Source of the DNA: Aplysia californica | Taxonomy: Eukaryota | Length of the DNA stretch: 64,000 bases | Assembly: GCF_000002075.1 (NCBI RefSeq) | Contig: NW_004797333.1 | Span: 1,642,717-1,706,716 of the forward strand | Reading direction: 5' to 3' | In this document: positions 26,901-37,653 of the stretch, one piece after another | How the letters are laid out: each line of letters opens with the position of its first letter | How positions within the stretch are numbered: the first letter of the stretch is position 1 | Translations under genes and position numbers: made by a program | Notes under the pieces: model-generated | What the model was told of the DNA's origin: nothing | Database searches by the model: none | Seen by the model: the letters and a program-made list of their open reading frames with translations, nothing else

Positions 26901-27815
26901 GAAGACAAGTAAGAAAGCTTAACTCTTTAAGTTATTTACATTTCATATAGTGGAGACCCCAAATCTGTTTCATTTTCTTTTTCTTGTCGTTTTTCACTCC
27001 CCAAAATAGATCACTTTGGCATATTGAGTTGATAAACCTGTTCAATAATCAAGAAAAAAATCCCTTTCCTCTATTACCAAACGATGTGGCGTATTGTCAA
27101 TCTTGTGTCTTTACGGACATAATTATGTTCTCACAAACAGGCGTATATGCTATTGTAGACCATTTCTTAAAAAACTGATGATGCAATACCTATAACCATT
27201 ATAGGGAATGATAAATCTGTGGTTGTACTAATATCTCGCCAAAATTTAAGCGAAAAAACAAACGGTTACGCCACAGCAAGAACTTAAAAAGTGTCCAAAA
27301 CTTTAAAACGCTCTCCTGAAAAATGCCAAAAATGCACTTACGCCCTTTTGTGAGATGGAAGACGAATTGTTTCAAGGGCAGAATATTTTAGTGACACAGG
27401 AAATGTGTTTTTATTGCTCTTGTCCAAAAGTGTTTTCCTAATTTCTGGCTTTGCTATGGTGAGATGTGGTGGGAGAGTTGAGGAAACTCTTTCCAGAGGC
27501 TCTCGTCTTTCAGGGAGGTAATGATTTTCTTGGAGATTGAGGACAGTGTCAAGTACAGATTTTGTATTTTTTAGTCTTTGATTAGGTTTCCACTTGTCAA
27601 CAAGAATTTTATTTGGGTGGTTATTTTTTAGCCTTTTAGATCTTTCATAAACTTCTTAAGCTGCCTGTTTTCTTTGAGTTTCTAAAAGCTCAATATTTGT
27701 GTGGACTTCTCAGGCCGCAGTCGGTGAGGATCTCATTCCGCCAGAGATAAGACGAGGAGCTGGGTTTTGAACGGTGTCCATCGAGTTCTTTGTAGTTTTA
27801 CTGCAGCTCAGATAC
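23995..27815 (-). mobile_element. 5'-truncated I-group (Ingi/Nimb-like) LINE, RNase H and C-terminal Cys-motif region, interrupted at 24928-27364
   Basis: Minus strand encodes VQNPAPRLISGGMRSSP (~27.7 kb), then ALETIDSCPPTWIHSYTDGSA across the insertion, IFTDSLS, LQWIPALTGIPGNERADALAK (RNase H) and CPLCDYP. Outer ends approximate. Confidence 0.85.
24928..27364 (+). mobile_element. Sola1-like DNA transposon (decayed) inserted in the LINE
   Basis: TIR CGTCGCCCATCTCACAAAAGGGCGTA / TACGCCCTTTTGTGAGATGGAAGACG; AATT TSD (24924-24927, 27365-27368); removal restores the LINE reading frame; remnant HIARFPAVDSHHCCR at ~26244-26288 resembles the Sola HI..FP..ESHY.R motif. Confidence 0.85.
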
Positions 27816-28158
27816 GAGAATATAATACAGAGTGACTATTTCTCAGAACATTCAGGAAAATAAACTGATCTCTATTGCTCTGAACCGTTTCCGTTCTCGA
27901 GATTTTTTGATTAATTGTGAGATTTAAGCATCACCTTTCATTGTGCCATTCTGCGACGACTGGGAAGAAGCATTTGTTTTTAGCATCAAATTCAATTTAT
28001 AGACCTAAAGATTTATACTTCAGCTGTGGTTGGGGCAATGTTCCCGGACTATACTTCATTTGAAAATGCCTTCAAAAGGTACTGCGAGAAAACAAGACTG
28101 CTTGACCTTGGCCGTAACCTATTTTGCATTTATTCAACCCTAAAGCAAAAGGTTGCAG

Positions 28159-28766
28159 CTCTTCGGACTCGAGTCTGAACAGCCTCCCATGGCTATTCGG
28201 ACTCAAACTCCAATGCATGTGCACAATCACCAGGTGTACTGGGTGTGAGGCAATTCGACCTTGGCCTTCCTCGGTTTCTACGATCTGACCAAATTTTTCG
28301 ACACAAATTAAGAAAAGTATTAATGACGTCAAAAGTGAACAACAGTTGCAAAATCTGAAATGCTACACGACAAAGGCAAACAGGGGAAGGGAAATCTGAG
28401 CTCAAAGCAGTTTAGTAGGAAAAAATTGAAAATCAAAGTTTCAGAACAACAAAGGATTATAACTGTCAATATATAATAACTATCACTTGGTGGTCTAAAC
28501 CCGCTTTATTTAACTCGAAAGACAAAATCATTGATCATTTAGAAGTAAAGTTTGAAATTAAGAAGAGAAAAAAGTTAAAACCCTTCCAAAGGGAACAAAA
28601 GTCAGTTATTCAAAGTAATAGTGGTCTAAAGGAAAAGCTTTTCTACAGCAGGATAAACAGTACACATTATTCTGATAGTGTTAGACCAGCAACAATCCTT
28701 CTACTGTTTCTACAGTATTGTGGTTTGAGTCCGAATAGCCACGGGAGGCTTTTCAGAATCGAGGAG
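28159..28766. mobile_element. MITE related to the CGGACTC subfamily
   Basis: About 45-bp inverted ends CTCTTCGGACTCGAGTCTGAACAGCCTCCCATGGCTATTCGGACTCAAAC / GTTTGAGTCCGAATAGCCACGGGAGGCTTTTCAGAATCGAGGAG; no clear TSD. Confidence 0.65.
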
Positions 28767-29426
28767 TCCTTCTCATGTCTCATGTGCATGTAAACAAAAC
28801 AAAAATACCCCCCCCCCCCTCGTTCCCCACGTATACACACACACACACACACACACAAAAGCGCACACGCTGGGGCCACTCCATTCGCATTATTATCAAC
28901 AAATCTGGAGAACGGAAACCGTTCGGAGAAATAGAGTTCAAGTTTATTTTCCCGAGCATTCAGAGAAATAGAGCCGGCCTAATATAATGGTAATATGGTA
29001 GATCTAGATTATTAGATATAGATCTAGATCTATTCTATTCTAGAATAGATCTAAATCTAGATCCTCTAAGTTTCATTTTCTTCAGAAACTCTGGGAAACG
29101 GTTGTTTTTTACTTTCCCTCCCCTGTCTCACACTTAGCTACCAGTAGTACATTTTTTACTAAACATTGATGCGCTGAACACAAATCAAGTTTATTTCTGT
29201 TGCAAGTTAATAGTTTTTGAAATATCTGATTTTTCTTAATCGAGATAGACATGCTTTGGACCAATGGGAGGTTTCCAGAGGGCAGGCCCCCTGAGTAAAA
29301 GAAAATCTGGGGGGTTCCACTGGGCATGTCCCCCCTGTTTTAACCCATAATTTGATATTTTACAGAAATATTTGAAATTTTCTTGAAAATAATTGGTTTG
29401 CGACAATTTCCAAGCCTTCTTTAGAA

Positions 29427-29998
29427 GGCGCTTTTTCGGTAGTTCCCACCCGCAATTGTTATTCGCCGGTTTTGGCCTCAAGAGTAGGGGGGTTTCAGTG
29501 TGGCTTGCCCCCCCTGACCTCCTAATAAAAACATGGAGGGGGGTTTCAGGGGTTTTGCAGTTGTTAGGTTTGATATCTCAGCTCACCGCGCATCAAATGT
29601 ATAGATCTCGATGTAGATTCTAGGTCAGGCTCAAATGAGGGGGGTGGGAACTACCGAAAAAGCACGTCTGCCTTTATGTGTTATATGTGCAGCAAACAGT
29701 ACTGCAGTGTCTGCAGTTTGACTGGTGCTTTTTCGGTAGTTCCCACCCCCCTTATTTGAGCCTGACCTACTTCTAGATCTAGATCTAGATCTATACGTTT
29801 GATTCGCGGTGAGCTAAGATCAAACCTAACAACAGCAAAACATTAAATTGTGGTAAAATTCAGGGGGGCATGCCCCCCCTGAAACTCCCCTTCCTATTTT
29901 TTTTTAGGTCAGGGGGGCAAGCCCCCCTGAAACCCCCTACTCTTGGGGCTAAAACCCATGAATAACAATTGCGGGGTGGGAACTACCGAAAAAGCGCC
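29427..29998. mobile_element. Two copies of one ~240-275-bp MITE in inverted orientation (29427-29665 and 29724-29998)
   Basis: Each copy is bounded by GCTTTTTCGGTAGTTCCCACCC / GGGTGGGAACTACCGAAAAAGC; the interiors are reverse complements of each other; ~58-bp spacer. Confidence 0.8.
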
Positions 29999-30369
29999 GT
30001 TTGACCCCCCAAGCAGAGCATCTGTGTGACGTGTGCAGGAGTGAAAGTAAAAATTTACCAGGGAAACCTCCAACATAAATGACAAAGAATTAGAAAATCT
30101 AGATCTAGATTCTAATCCATAAAGAACATAGCCTAGATCTAGAATCTAGATCTAGAATCTAGAGATCTAATTGGTGGCAGATTCTCTACTCTACACTCTA
30201 CACTACAGTAGTGACACGGTCCACACAGTACTGACTGTCAGTACTGTACAGTACAGATTCAATTACAGAACACTTGTACGTTCTAGAGATCTATCTTTCC
30301 TGGACGGTTTTGTAACATACTTTGATATTATCGCCCATTCACCCAACAAGATTCACCAAAGCCACTTAC

Positions 30370-31476
30370 AGAGTACACCTGCTGCTGTCACACGACATTA
30401 GCTACACACATTAGTCATTAGTGACATGATACGACTTCTGCATGGACAGGAGATCGAGACCATTCGTCGTTATTGTTGTGCTGGCTAATAGGCCTACTGC
30501 TGGCAAATGAACACACAATAGTCCAGATTTTTGGAGATCTTTGATAAAAGTTTTTACAAGTCTCAACTTGTGTGAATGAGTTTATAATACTTCTCAAGAA
30601 ATAAAAGTAGATGCAGATCTAGATCTATAGGCCTGCTAATTATCAAAAAGAGATGGTCTTATAGAATTATAAATGGCTAACAAATCAGTTTCTCTTAAAT
30701 GAGAAGTTATAGGCAGAATTGCTCTTGTAGCCTAGCCTTATGGCATACAGTTGCACTGTGCGTGCAAGAAGAACAAAAACCAGCCACAAATGACAAATTA
30801 ATATATACATGCCAGGCAAAACACTAAACTTTGCCAGAATAGAATGCTATTTTATTGGTGTTGTTATGGGAGAGAAGTAGGTACATTATTCTCTTGAGCA
30901 GAATTTATTATAAGTTTGATTAAGCTTTTGGTCAATTTCATATCAGGCTATGATACTCTGAGAATAGACTAACAAACTTAGAATACACACCTGAAAATAA
31001 CCCGGATTCATCACTAAACATTTCAAAACAGCCGCAACGTTTAAAACCTGGCATACTGAAAACCCAAAAAGATTTTCTTGAGAATAGGCCTGGGCTAGAG
31101 GCTAGAATTTGGTGAATATTTTCCCTGTTGGCTGATGATCTTGCCTTCTCTGGACTCAAAGACTCGGGGGCTGTTGACGCTGTTGTTGTGTTTATAATGT
31201 GTGTTGAACAAGGCTTCTTGTACAAGTGAGCCAGATCTTGATCAAGAATCTAGGCTAGGCTAGTAGGAAGTGAAAGGTGCCGTTGGCTTTTGCTAGATAT
31301 GTAAAGTGACTTATAAATTACTTCTAACCGCGGAAGACAGGGCTGAGCTGGGTAAAAGTATTCACAGATCAAGATTGAGATTAAAATGATCAAGTGAGAA
31401 ATAACGGAGACAGTCCAAAAATAAAAATACTTTCGAAGTCGACGAAGAGTTGACTGCAAGATTCAAGCTTTTCAAG
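30370..31476. promoter_or_regulatory. Putative divergent promoter and first-exon region of FAM174 (-) and ARL15 (+)
   Basis: Lies immediately upstream of the ARL15 ATG. Minus-strand donor candidates CT|GTAAGT (exon end 30370) and AAA|GTATGT (30321) could supply the non-coding FAM174 first exon. Largely unique sequence between TE-dense introns. Inference only. Confidence 0.45.
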
Positions 31477-31530
31477 ATGTGTGAGAGTTTTCGGATTTTA
31501 TGTGCCCTGTGTCGAGTTGGGCTTTATGCT
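31477..31530 (+). CDS. ARL15: ARL15 coding exon 1
   Basis: aagATG, MCESFRILCALCRVGLYA, then GTAAGT donor in phase 0, joining in frame to LYRRLCCKGP; length similar to the short vertebrate first exon. Confidence 0.8.
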
Positions 31531-31835
31531 GTAAGTACAATGACATACGAGGGTAGATCTCCATACTCGTACGATTAACCGTTAAGTAGACATCGTTGAA
31601 GTTGTCAAATTCAGAGAATTATAGACTTCTAGATTCTAGATATCTAGATTAGATAGATCTAGATCTAGATCTACATCTAGATGTAGATATCTACTTCTAA
31701 TCTAGAGATCTAACCCATAATTGCCTAAGGGTGAAAACATAGAGAACACCAATTTCGGAGACGGCGATTGTTAAGATTCCCGCGTTTAATTCCGATGTGC
31801 GTTTTTCATACCCTCAGGCATATTTCGCTTTGGTC

Positions 31836-31928
31836 CCTAACCCTAGGTTAGGGTTAGGGGGTTAGGGTTAGAGCTAGGGTTAGGGTTAAAAAAAGGCCTA
31901 GGTTAGGGTTAGGGGGTTAGGGCTAGGG
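31836..31928. repeat. Interstitial TTAGGG-like tract with CCCTAA/TTAGGG polarity switch
   Basis: cctaaccctaggttagggttagggggttagggttag..., about a dozen imperfect units. Confidence 0.85.
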
Positions 31929-32921
31929 AGAGAAGAGAAGTAGCGCAAGAACTTCCGGGCAAAACAAAACGGCGACCCGCGTAGTTCGGCTCGATTCCAA
32001 AAGTTAAATTTTATAGCCGTAGCATCTTTGTAGGCGACCAAATTAATTTACTTTTTTGTGTTTTAACATCATTTTTTATATATATTTGTTTTGTCAATGG
32101 CCACCTCTAAGTGCAGGCGGGTCTTGTGGCTATTCTCACCCGGTGCGCGTGTCAACAAATTTTGCGTTCACCCTAAACCACAGAATTCTACACTGTGATA
32201 AGAGAAAAATTGTAGAATTTTGTGCTGTGAACAAACGTTCCATTACAACTGTACTTGTAGCCTACTAAAAGCGTACAATTTTGTCTGTGGGCAGTGGAGA
32301 GAGAGAGAGAGAGAACAAAACAAAATGGCGACCCGTGTAGTTCGGCTCGATTCGAAAAGTTAAACAGCCGTAGCATCTTTGTAGACAACCAAATTAATTT
32401 ACTTTTGTGTTTTAACATCATTTTTTAACTTTGTTTTGGTCAATTTGATCGTCCACACCGATAGACAGTATTCAGAAAGAGACAGAGAGAGAGAGAAGAG
32501 GGGAGGAGTAGATCTTGCGAGAACTTCCGGGCGGGTGAGAATAGCCACTTTCTTTGTCAATTTGATCATCCCCACTGATAAACTGTATTCAGAAAGAGAG
32601 TGCAAGAGAGAGAGAGAAGACAAGAGTAGATCTTGCAAGAACTTCCGGATATAAAAAAATTATCGCGTATTTCGGCTTGATTTGAAAAGTGAAATAGCCA
32701 TAGTATAGCATCTTTGTGGGAGACCAAATTAGCTTACTTTTGTGCTATTTCATTTAACGTTTTTTGTCTATTATCTGATCTTCCACACTGATAGACAGTG
32801 TATTCCGAAATTAAGAAAAACAGGTCATGTTTCACACCAGGTGAGAATAGCCAAAGCTGGCAAGTCTCACCCAGGGTGAGAGGTTGATCGTATTTTTATT
32901 CTCACCCGGGGTAGCCGCTTC
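31895..32921 (+). mobile_element. Older, larger member of the asymmetric-end CTCACC family (host of 32099-32552)
   Basis: Carries diverged copies of the same internal unit and ends TATTCTCACCCGGGGTAGCCGCTTC; TAAAAAAA precedes GGCC at 31895 and follows 32921. Left end uncertain. Confidence 0.55.
32099..32552 (+). mobile_element. Non-autonomous 9-bp-TSD (MULE-like) element, CTCACC subfamily
   Basis: Perfect TSD TTTGTCAAT (32090-32098, 32553-32561); same ends and interior as 10266-10766 with small deletions. Confidence 0.85.
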
Positions 32922-35250
32922 TAAAAAAATTCCCTTATAATGATTTCCAACTTGCCCCACATAGAGCTGGCAGACTGAGATGGCTTAAAAGCACTCGGCG
33001 TTGTCGGCTTTATCGGAATCCAAACTACATTCTTATTGCGCCGAAAAACTGGGAAGGGCGCCTGGCTGTCAACTCACGACCCCAGTGCTTTCTTGTCTTA
33101 TCTCCATTTTTTAACAGTAAAAATGTGGCTTCTTCTTAAGCTCACTCTTTGTATACTGTTTTCACTGATTATAATGGAGAATACAAAAATAAGAAAGCGC
33201 TGAGGTCCCGAACTCTCAATGCCGTCTCGCCGTCGCCATCTCGGGTTCGGCGGTTTGCGTGATGTCACCCAACTGGACTGGTGACAATTTTAAATGGTCA
33301 TTTCAGAGCTGCTGCTTCACGCAGACAAAAACTTTTTTAAATCAGCGTCGTCAAATTAGAGTGGTCACAGAGCAGAATAACATTTTTTACAAAAAAGCAT
33401 TTTAGGAAATTCGTTTTTTTTTTCCCCAAATAAAATGTTTTATAAATACCAGCTGTGTTGTGGTGTAATTTTTTTCCTAGATCTAGATCTAGGCGTTAAG
33501 CGCCCTCTATGTCGAGTCAAGCAGACACCGCCTGTCAGAGTCGATTTTCCGCCGCTTAATAAAAGTTTCGGCGTTCTCTTTGTTTTCGCCCTTACTCTAA
33601 CCCTAACTCTTGTTTCGTTTGCTCACTTGGACCTTGTGAGTCTGTGTCACTGTAAGTGCGGGTCTCTGCGGAACTCCTCTCCCATGAAAAAAATACGTGC
33701 ACAGCAGTTTATGAATTTGTTTGTCTTTTAAGTTTTAAATCATATTTGTCCTCAACAATTGAGGCTATATTTAAAAACTTTTCGTCATTTTATAAATTTA
33801 ATCGTCCCCGCTTGAAACTTTTCCGGAAGAAAATATTATAAACGGTATTTTTATTTTTATAGAATCACTTCCGTCTTGTGGCTGCTATCCATGCCATTTT
33901 TTTTTTCCGACGTATTATGGGCCAATAAAAATCGTATTTTAGGCATTCTTTTGAAAATATATTGTTTGTTTGTGCATGCTTTTTAATTTTGTAGTCGTTA
34001 GGGTACTTAAGGGGGTTTCAGGGGGACCCCCTGACGAGCAATTACGTCTTTGTAGTTGGGGGAGGGGAGGGAGTGCCCCCCTGGATGTGCCGTAACATCA
34101 AAACTAACCATTTTAGACTTTTTTTAATGCATCATGTTCTGGGACCCAGAAAAAACCTATAAAGCTACGAAATGACACCCTAATTTGCCTTTAGCCTTTA
34201 TTTGTGAGACGAAGGTGATTCTATAAAATTGCTGAAGGACAGTAGATCCATATATTATAACCGCACTTCCAAGTAGGCCTTAGAGAGTGATTATGATCAA
34301 GGCCATGAACATACTTTAAAATTAGATCTAATTTATATCTATACTTTAGAGGTAGGACCATATATATGCATAGCCACGAGGCTCTGCATACGGGAGGGCC
34401 GTATGCATAGCCAACAAGCTAAATTTATAAAATACTATAGACTAAAATGATCTCCATCACATGGAAAATGGAATTGTTCACAACACTTCTCACACTCATT
34501 TTTTGTATACACATGACATGGCCTATGTCATAGCTCACCAATAACACCTTTACTTTTTTTTTAACTTTAGTGAAAAAATTTGGTACAAGAAATTGATTTT
34601 ATTGTGAACACATTTTTTGCACTAAAGTAAAGGTTCTCAAAAATGTATTCAATAATGATAATGCCACGATTGGATAAAAAGAATGGCAGCTTTGCTTTTT
34701 ATAGTGCTGATAATGCCCCAGCTGTAATTTACTATGTAAAACTTTTTAAATATGTGTAGAAACCACCACTTGGACTTTGTTATATTTAGGAATTTTCTAG
34801 AATACTTTGAACAGGTGTTTACAAAACTAAGACAAATTGATACATCATGATGTAAAGCTGGAGAGTCTATGTTCGATAGTTTAGGAAATATTTGGCAATA
34901 AATTGCGCCTCAGATTTTTAACGGCACTATAGGCCTAGCTAATGCTATTATAAATTATAAAATAATCACTGATTTCAGCTTGATTTTTTAAAACTAGAAT
35001 CTTGAGCTGAGAGCCATCATGTAACGATTTGGCATTTTTAAATTTTTTTTTTTTTCATCTTTAGGAAATATTGTCATCATTTGAAGTCAAAGCTGCCTAA
35101 ATCACTGTCTTATTTTCATGAAATTTCATCTACCAATACTTTTCTATTTCTATTAGACAAGAGTACGTCAGGTCTGGTTTGCAGGACCAGGTTACATGAG
35201 TGTGGTCAGAGCGTTGTCAGTTGACTTTTATATTATATGAATTTATAATA

Positions 35251-36167
35251 CAGTAGTCTCCGCCTAAGATCCCGGTGCTCGGGAGCAAGGAAATGCGGGA
35301 TCTTAGGCGAACCGGGATCTTAACCGACGAACCTAGGGAAGAATCTATGGTGACCCATGCTAAGGCTCATAATCTGTAAAAATGGTCTCCCTCCACTCTA
35401 AAATGAATTGACGTGACCGCTTAGTTGGTTTTTGACGTATGGCGAGCAAAGAGTGGTTAACCTTGATGACCTATCACAGTACATAATGGGATGAGGCGTG
35501 CCATTTTCACTTATTATCCTATCATGTCTCAAGATCTATGCTTATCCAGTTGCCCCTTCCCGTTACTTGAGTCGAAAATTATAGCCTTCCATCTCTGACC
35601 GAATCTCCCCCCACTACCTTTGTCGTAACACACCAATTAAAATTCAGTGTGTCTTGCAAATTCGGGAGTAGAGACAACTTCTGCAACGGTCAGGGAAGAG
35701 TTCACAGTTCGATGTGATTCCCGCCTGGAGCGAACATGTAGGCCCTACCCACTCAGCGAGTGATGCAAGTTTAGGGGGAGAGCTCAGGTGTGAGTGCGAT
35801 GTTCGGGGAAAACAAACGTGTCGGTCAGTTCACACCCCGGTGTGATCCCATCTGGGGCAAACATTGTATCACTTCATCGAGTTTTACGTGTGTATGTGAT
35901 CACATTCCCGATAGTAGCTAATCTTTGACGCTACAGACAGTTTATTGATCTCAACTTTTCACTCTTGGTTGATCGGCTGTCCCGCCCGGGTTTTTGTTCC
36001 GCAAATTATTATCTGAAATGCGGGATCTTAGCCGAATGTAGACCTTCAGAGTGAATCAGAGCGGGATCTTAGGGTTAACTTTTGTATAGTAAAATTTATG
36101 TTTTCTTACAGCAGGATCTTAAGCGAACCGGGATCGTAAGCGGTGGGATCTTAGGCGGAGATTACTG
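35251..36167. mobile_element. Tc1/mariner (pogo/Tigger-like) MITE
   Basis: TA|CAGTAGTCTCCGCCTAAGATCCC ... GGGATCTTAGGCGGAGATTACTG|TA; repeated subterminal GGGATCTTA motifs. Confidence 0.85.
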
Positions 36168-36924
36168 TAATAATTTAGCCTATCTGGCATGACATGTGAT
36201 ATGTTAATTTATAATAATAATTTAGCCTATCTGGCCTGACATGTGATATGTTGTGTAGTAAATTGAATTGCCTTTTATTGGTCTGTCAGTGACATGGTGT
36301 TCCAAGCAGTTTACCCACATTAGTTTTGCCTCAATGTACAGCAGACTTGGTTGAAGGTCACTTTTTAATAATGCAGGTGCCCCTTTGACAACGTTTTGTT
36401 GAAAAGAAACCTTCTATTCAAAGTGCAAGAGAAAAAGGGCAAGGTAAAAAGGTACTTTAAAATTAAAGTCCTTTCATTTTGATCAATGATATATTTATCC
36501 CCTTGTCTGAAGACTCAACTTTACCCTGGAAAACAAACACAATGAAATAAGCCGAGTTGAGTCGGCTGATTCAGAGTGACCTGGTAGCATCTGACAAGTC
36601 CCCCTCCCCCCTCCCCCCCCCCCCATCCCCACCCCCATTATAATGGATGCAGGTTTTCAAGCCAGATCAGAAGCAGGGACAGTTCGTTATCAGGGCAAGA
36701 CTGTCAGAGCCAGCCACTTTTTGTCGACTGGACAGTGGACAAGAGATCTATTCCTCTCATACACTCATAATTATTAATAATTTCCACACCCCCCCCCCCC
36801 CCCTCGGGCTCCCTTTCCCTTTCCACTCTCTTAACTTATCCTTTTTGACGCAGTCCCTTATTTAAAACAGTGCTCTGAGAAGCTGGATGAAGATTTTTTG
36901 TATTTAGGAGGAAGGATGGACCCA

Positions 36925-36964
<40 letters not shown>

Positions 36965-37508
36965 CATTCTAAATACATCATAACAAGACTGTCTAATGCA
37001 ATTAAGAGGGGACAAATTACAAACCATCAAAATATCATGAATAGTCTTTTTGAGGGCCAACATTCTTTAAAATGAGGCCAAGAACAGGTCCCCCAAGCCT
37101 GTATATAGCAGAGGGGAGATGAAAATTACAACCGCCAATACATGTTAACAGTCCTTCTGATGACAAACACTTTAATGCGGCTAATGACAATCCCAAGCCT
37201 GGATATTTATGCAAATTGATGCTTGTCACAAGCTGTTGGACTGTTCTGGCAGTAGAAAGTTGAGTAGACCATCAACCAAACCAGCACCGTGTTTTCTTCA
37301 TTTTATTTTAAAGTTAAGGAGTTAATGTAGAATATTTTATGATATTGCCTGCTTTTCAAGGTTGTTCAACTCAAGTTTCGACCTGATGAAAAAAGAATTT
37401 GACATTTCCTAATTTGATGTGTAGTTTTTTTTAAAAAATGTTTTCTTTTGTGGATGTTTCCCGTCTTTTTTGTTAATTTGGGATGTGTTTTTTTTTTTAA
37501 TTCCTCAG

Positions 37509-37653
37509 CTTTATCGCAGGCTATGTTGTAAGGGACCATCACCAGTGAGGCCAAATTTTGCCATTTTATGTATTGGACTGGAAGGTGCTGGGAAAAGTTC
37601 AATACTAGCTACCCTTAGTGGAGATGACCTCCACAAAATTGAGCCTACTATAG
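37509..37653 (+). CDS. ARL15: ARL15 coding exon 2 (LCCKGP motif, P-loop)
   Basis: cctcAG acceptor and G|GTAAGT donor; 145 bp; LYRRLCCKGPSPVRPNFAILCIGLEGAGKSS matches the ARL15-specific LCCKGPPP.RP...CIGL.G.GK. Confidence 0.95.
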
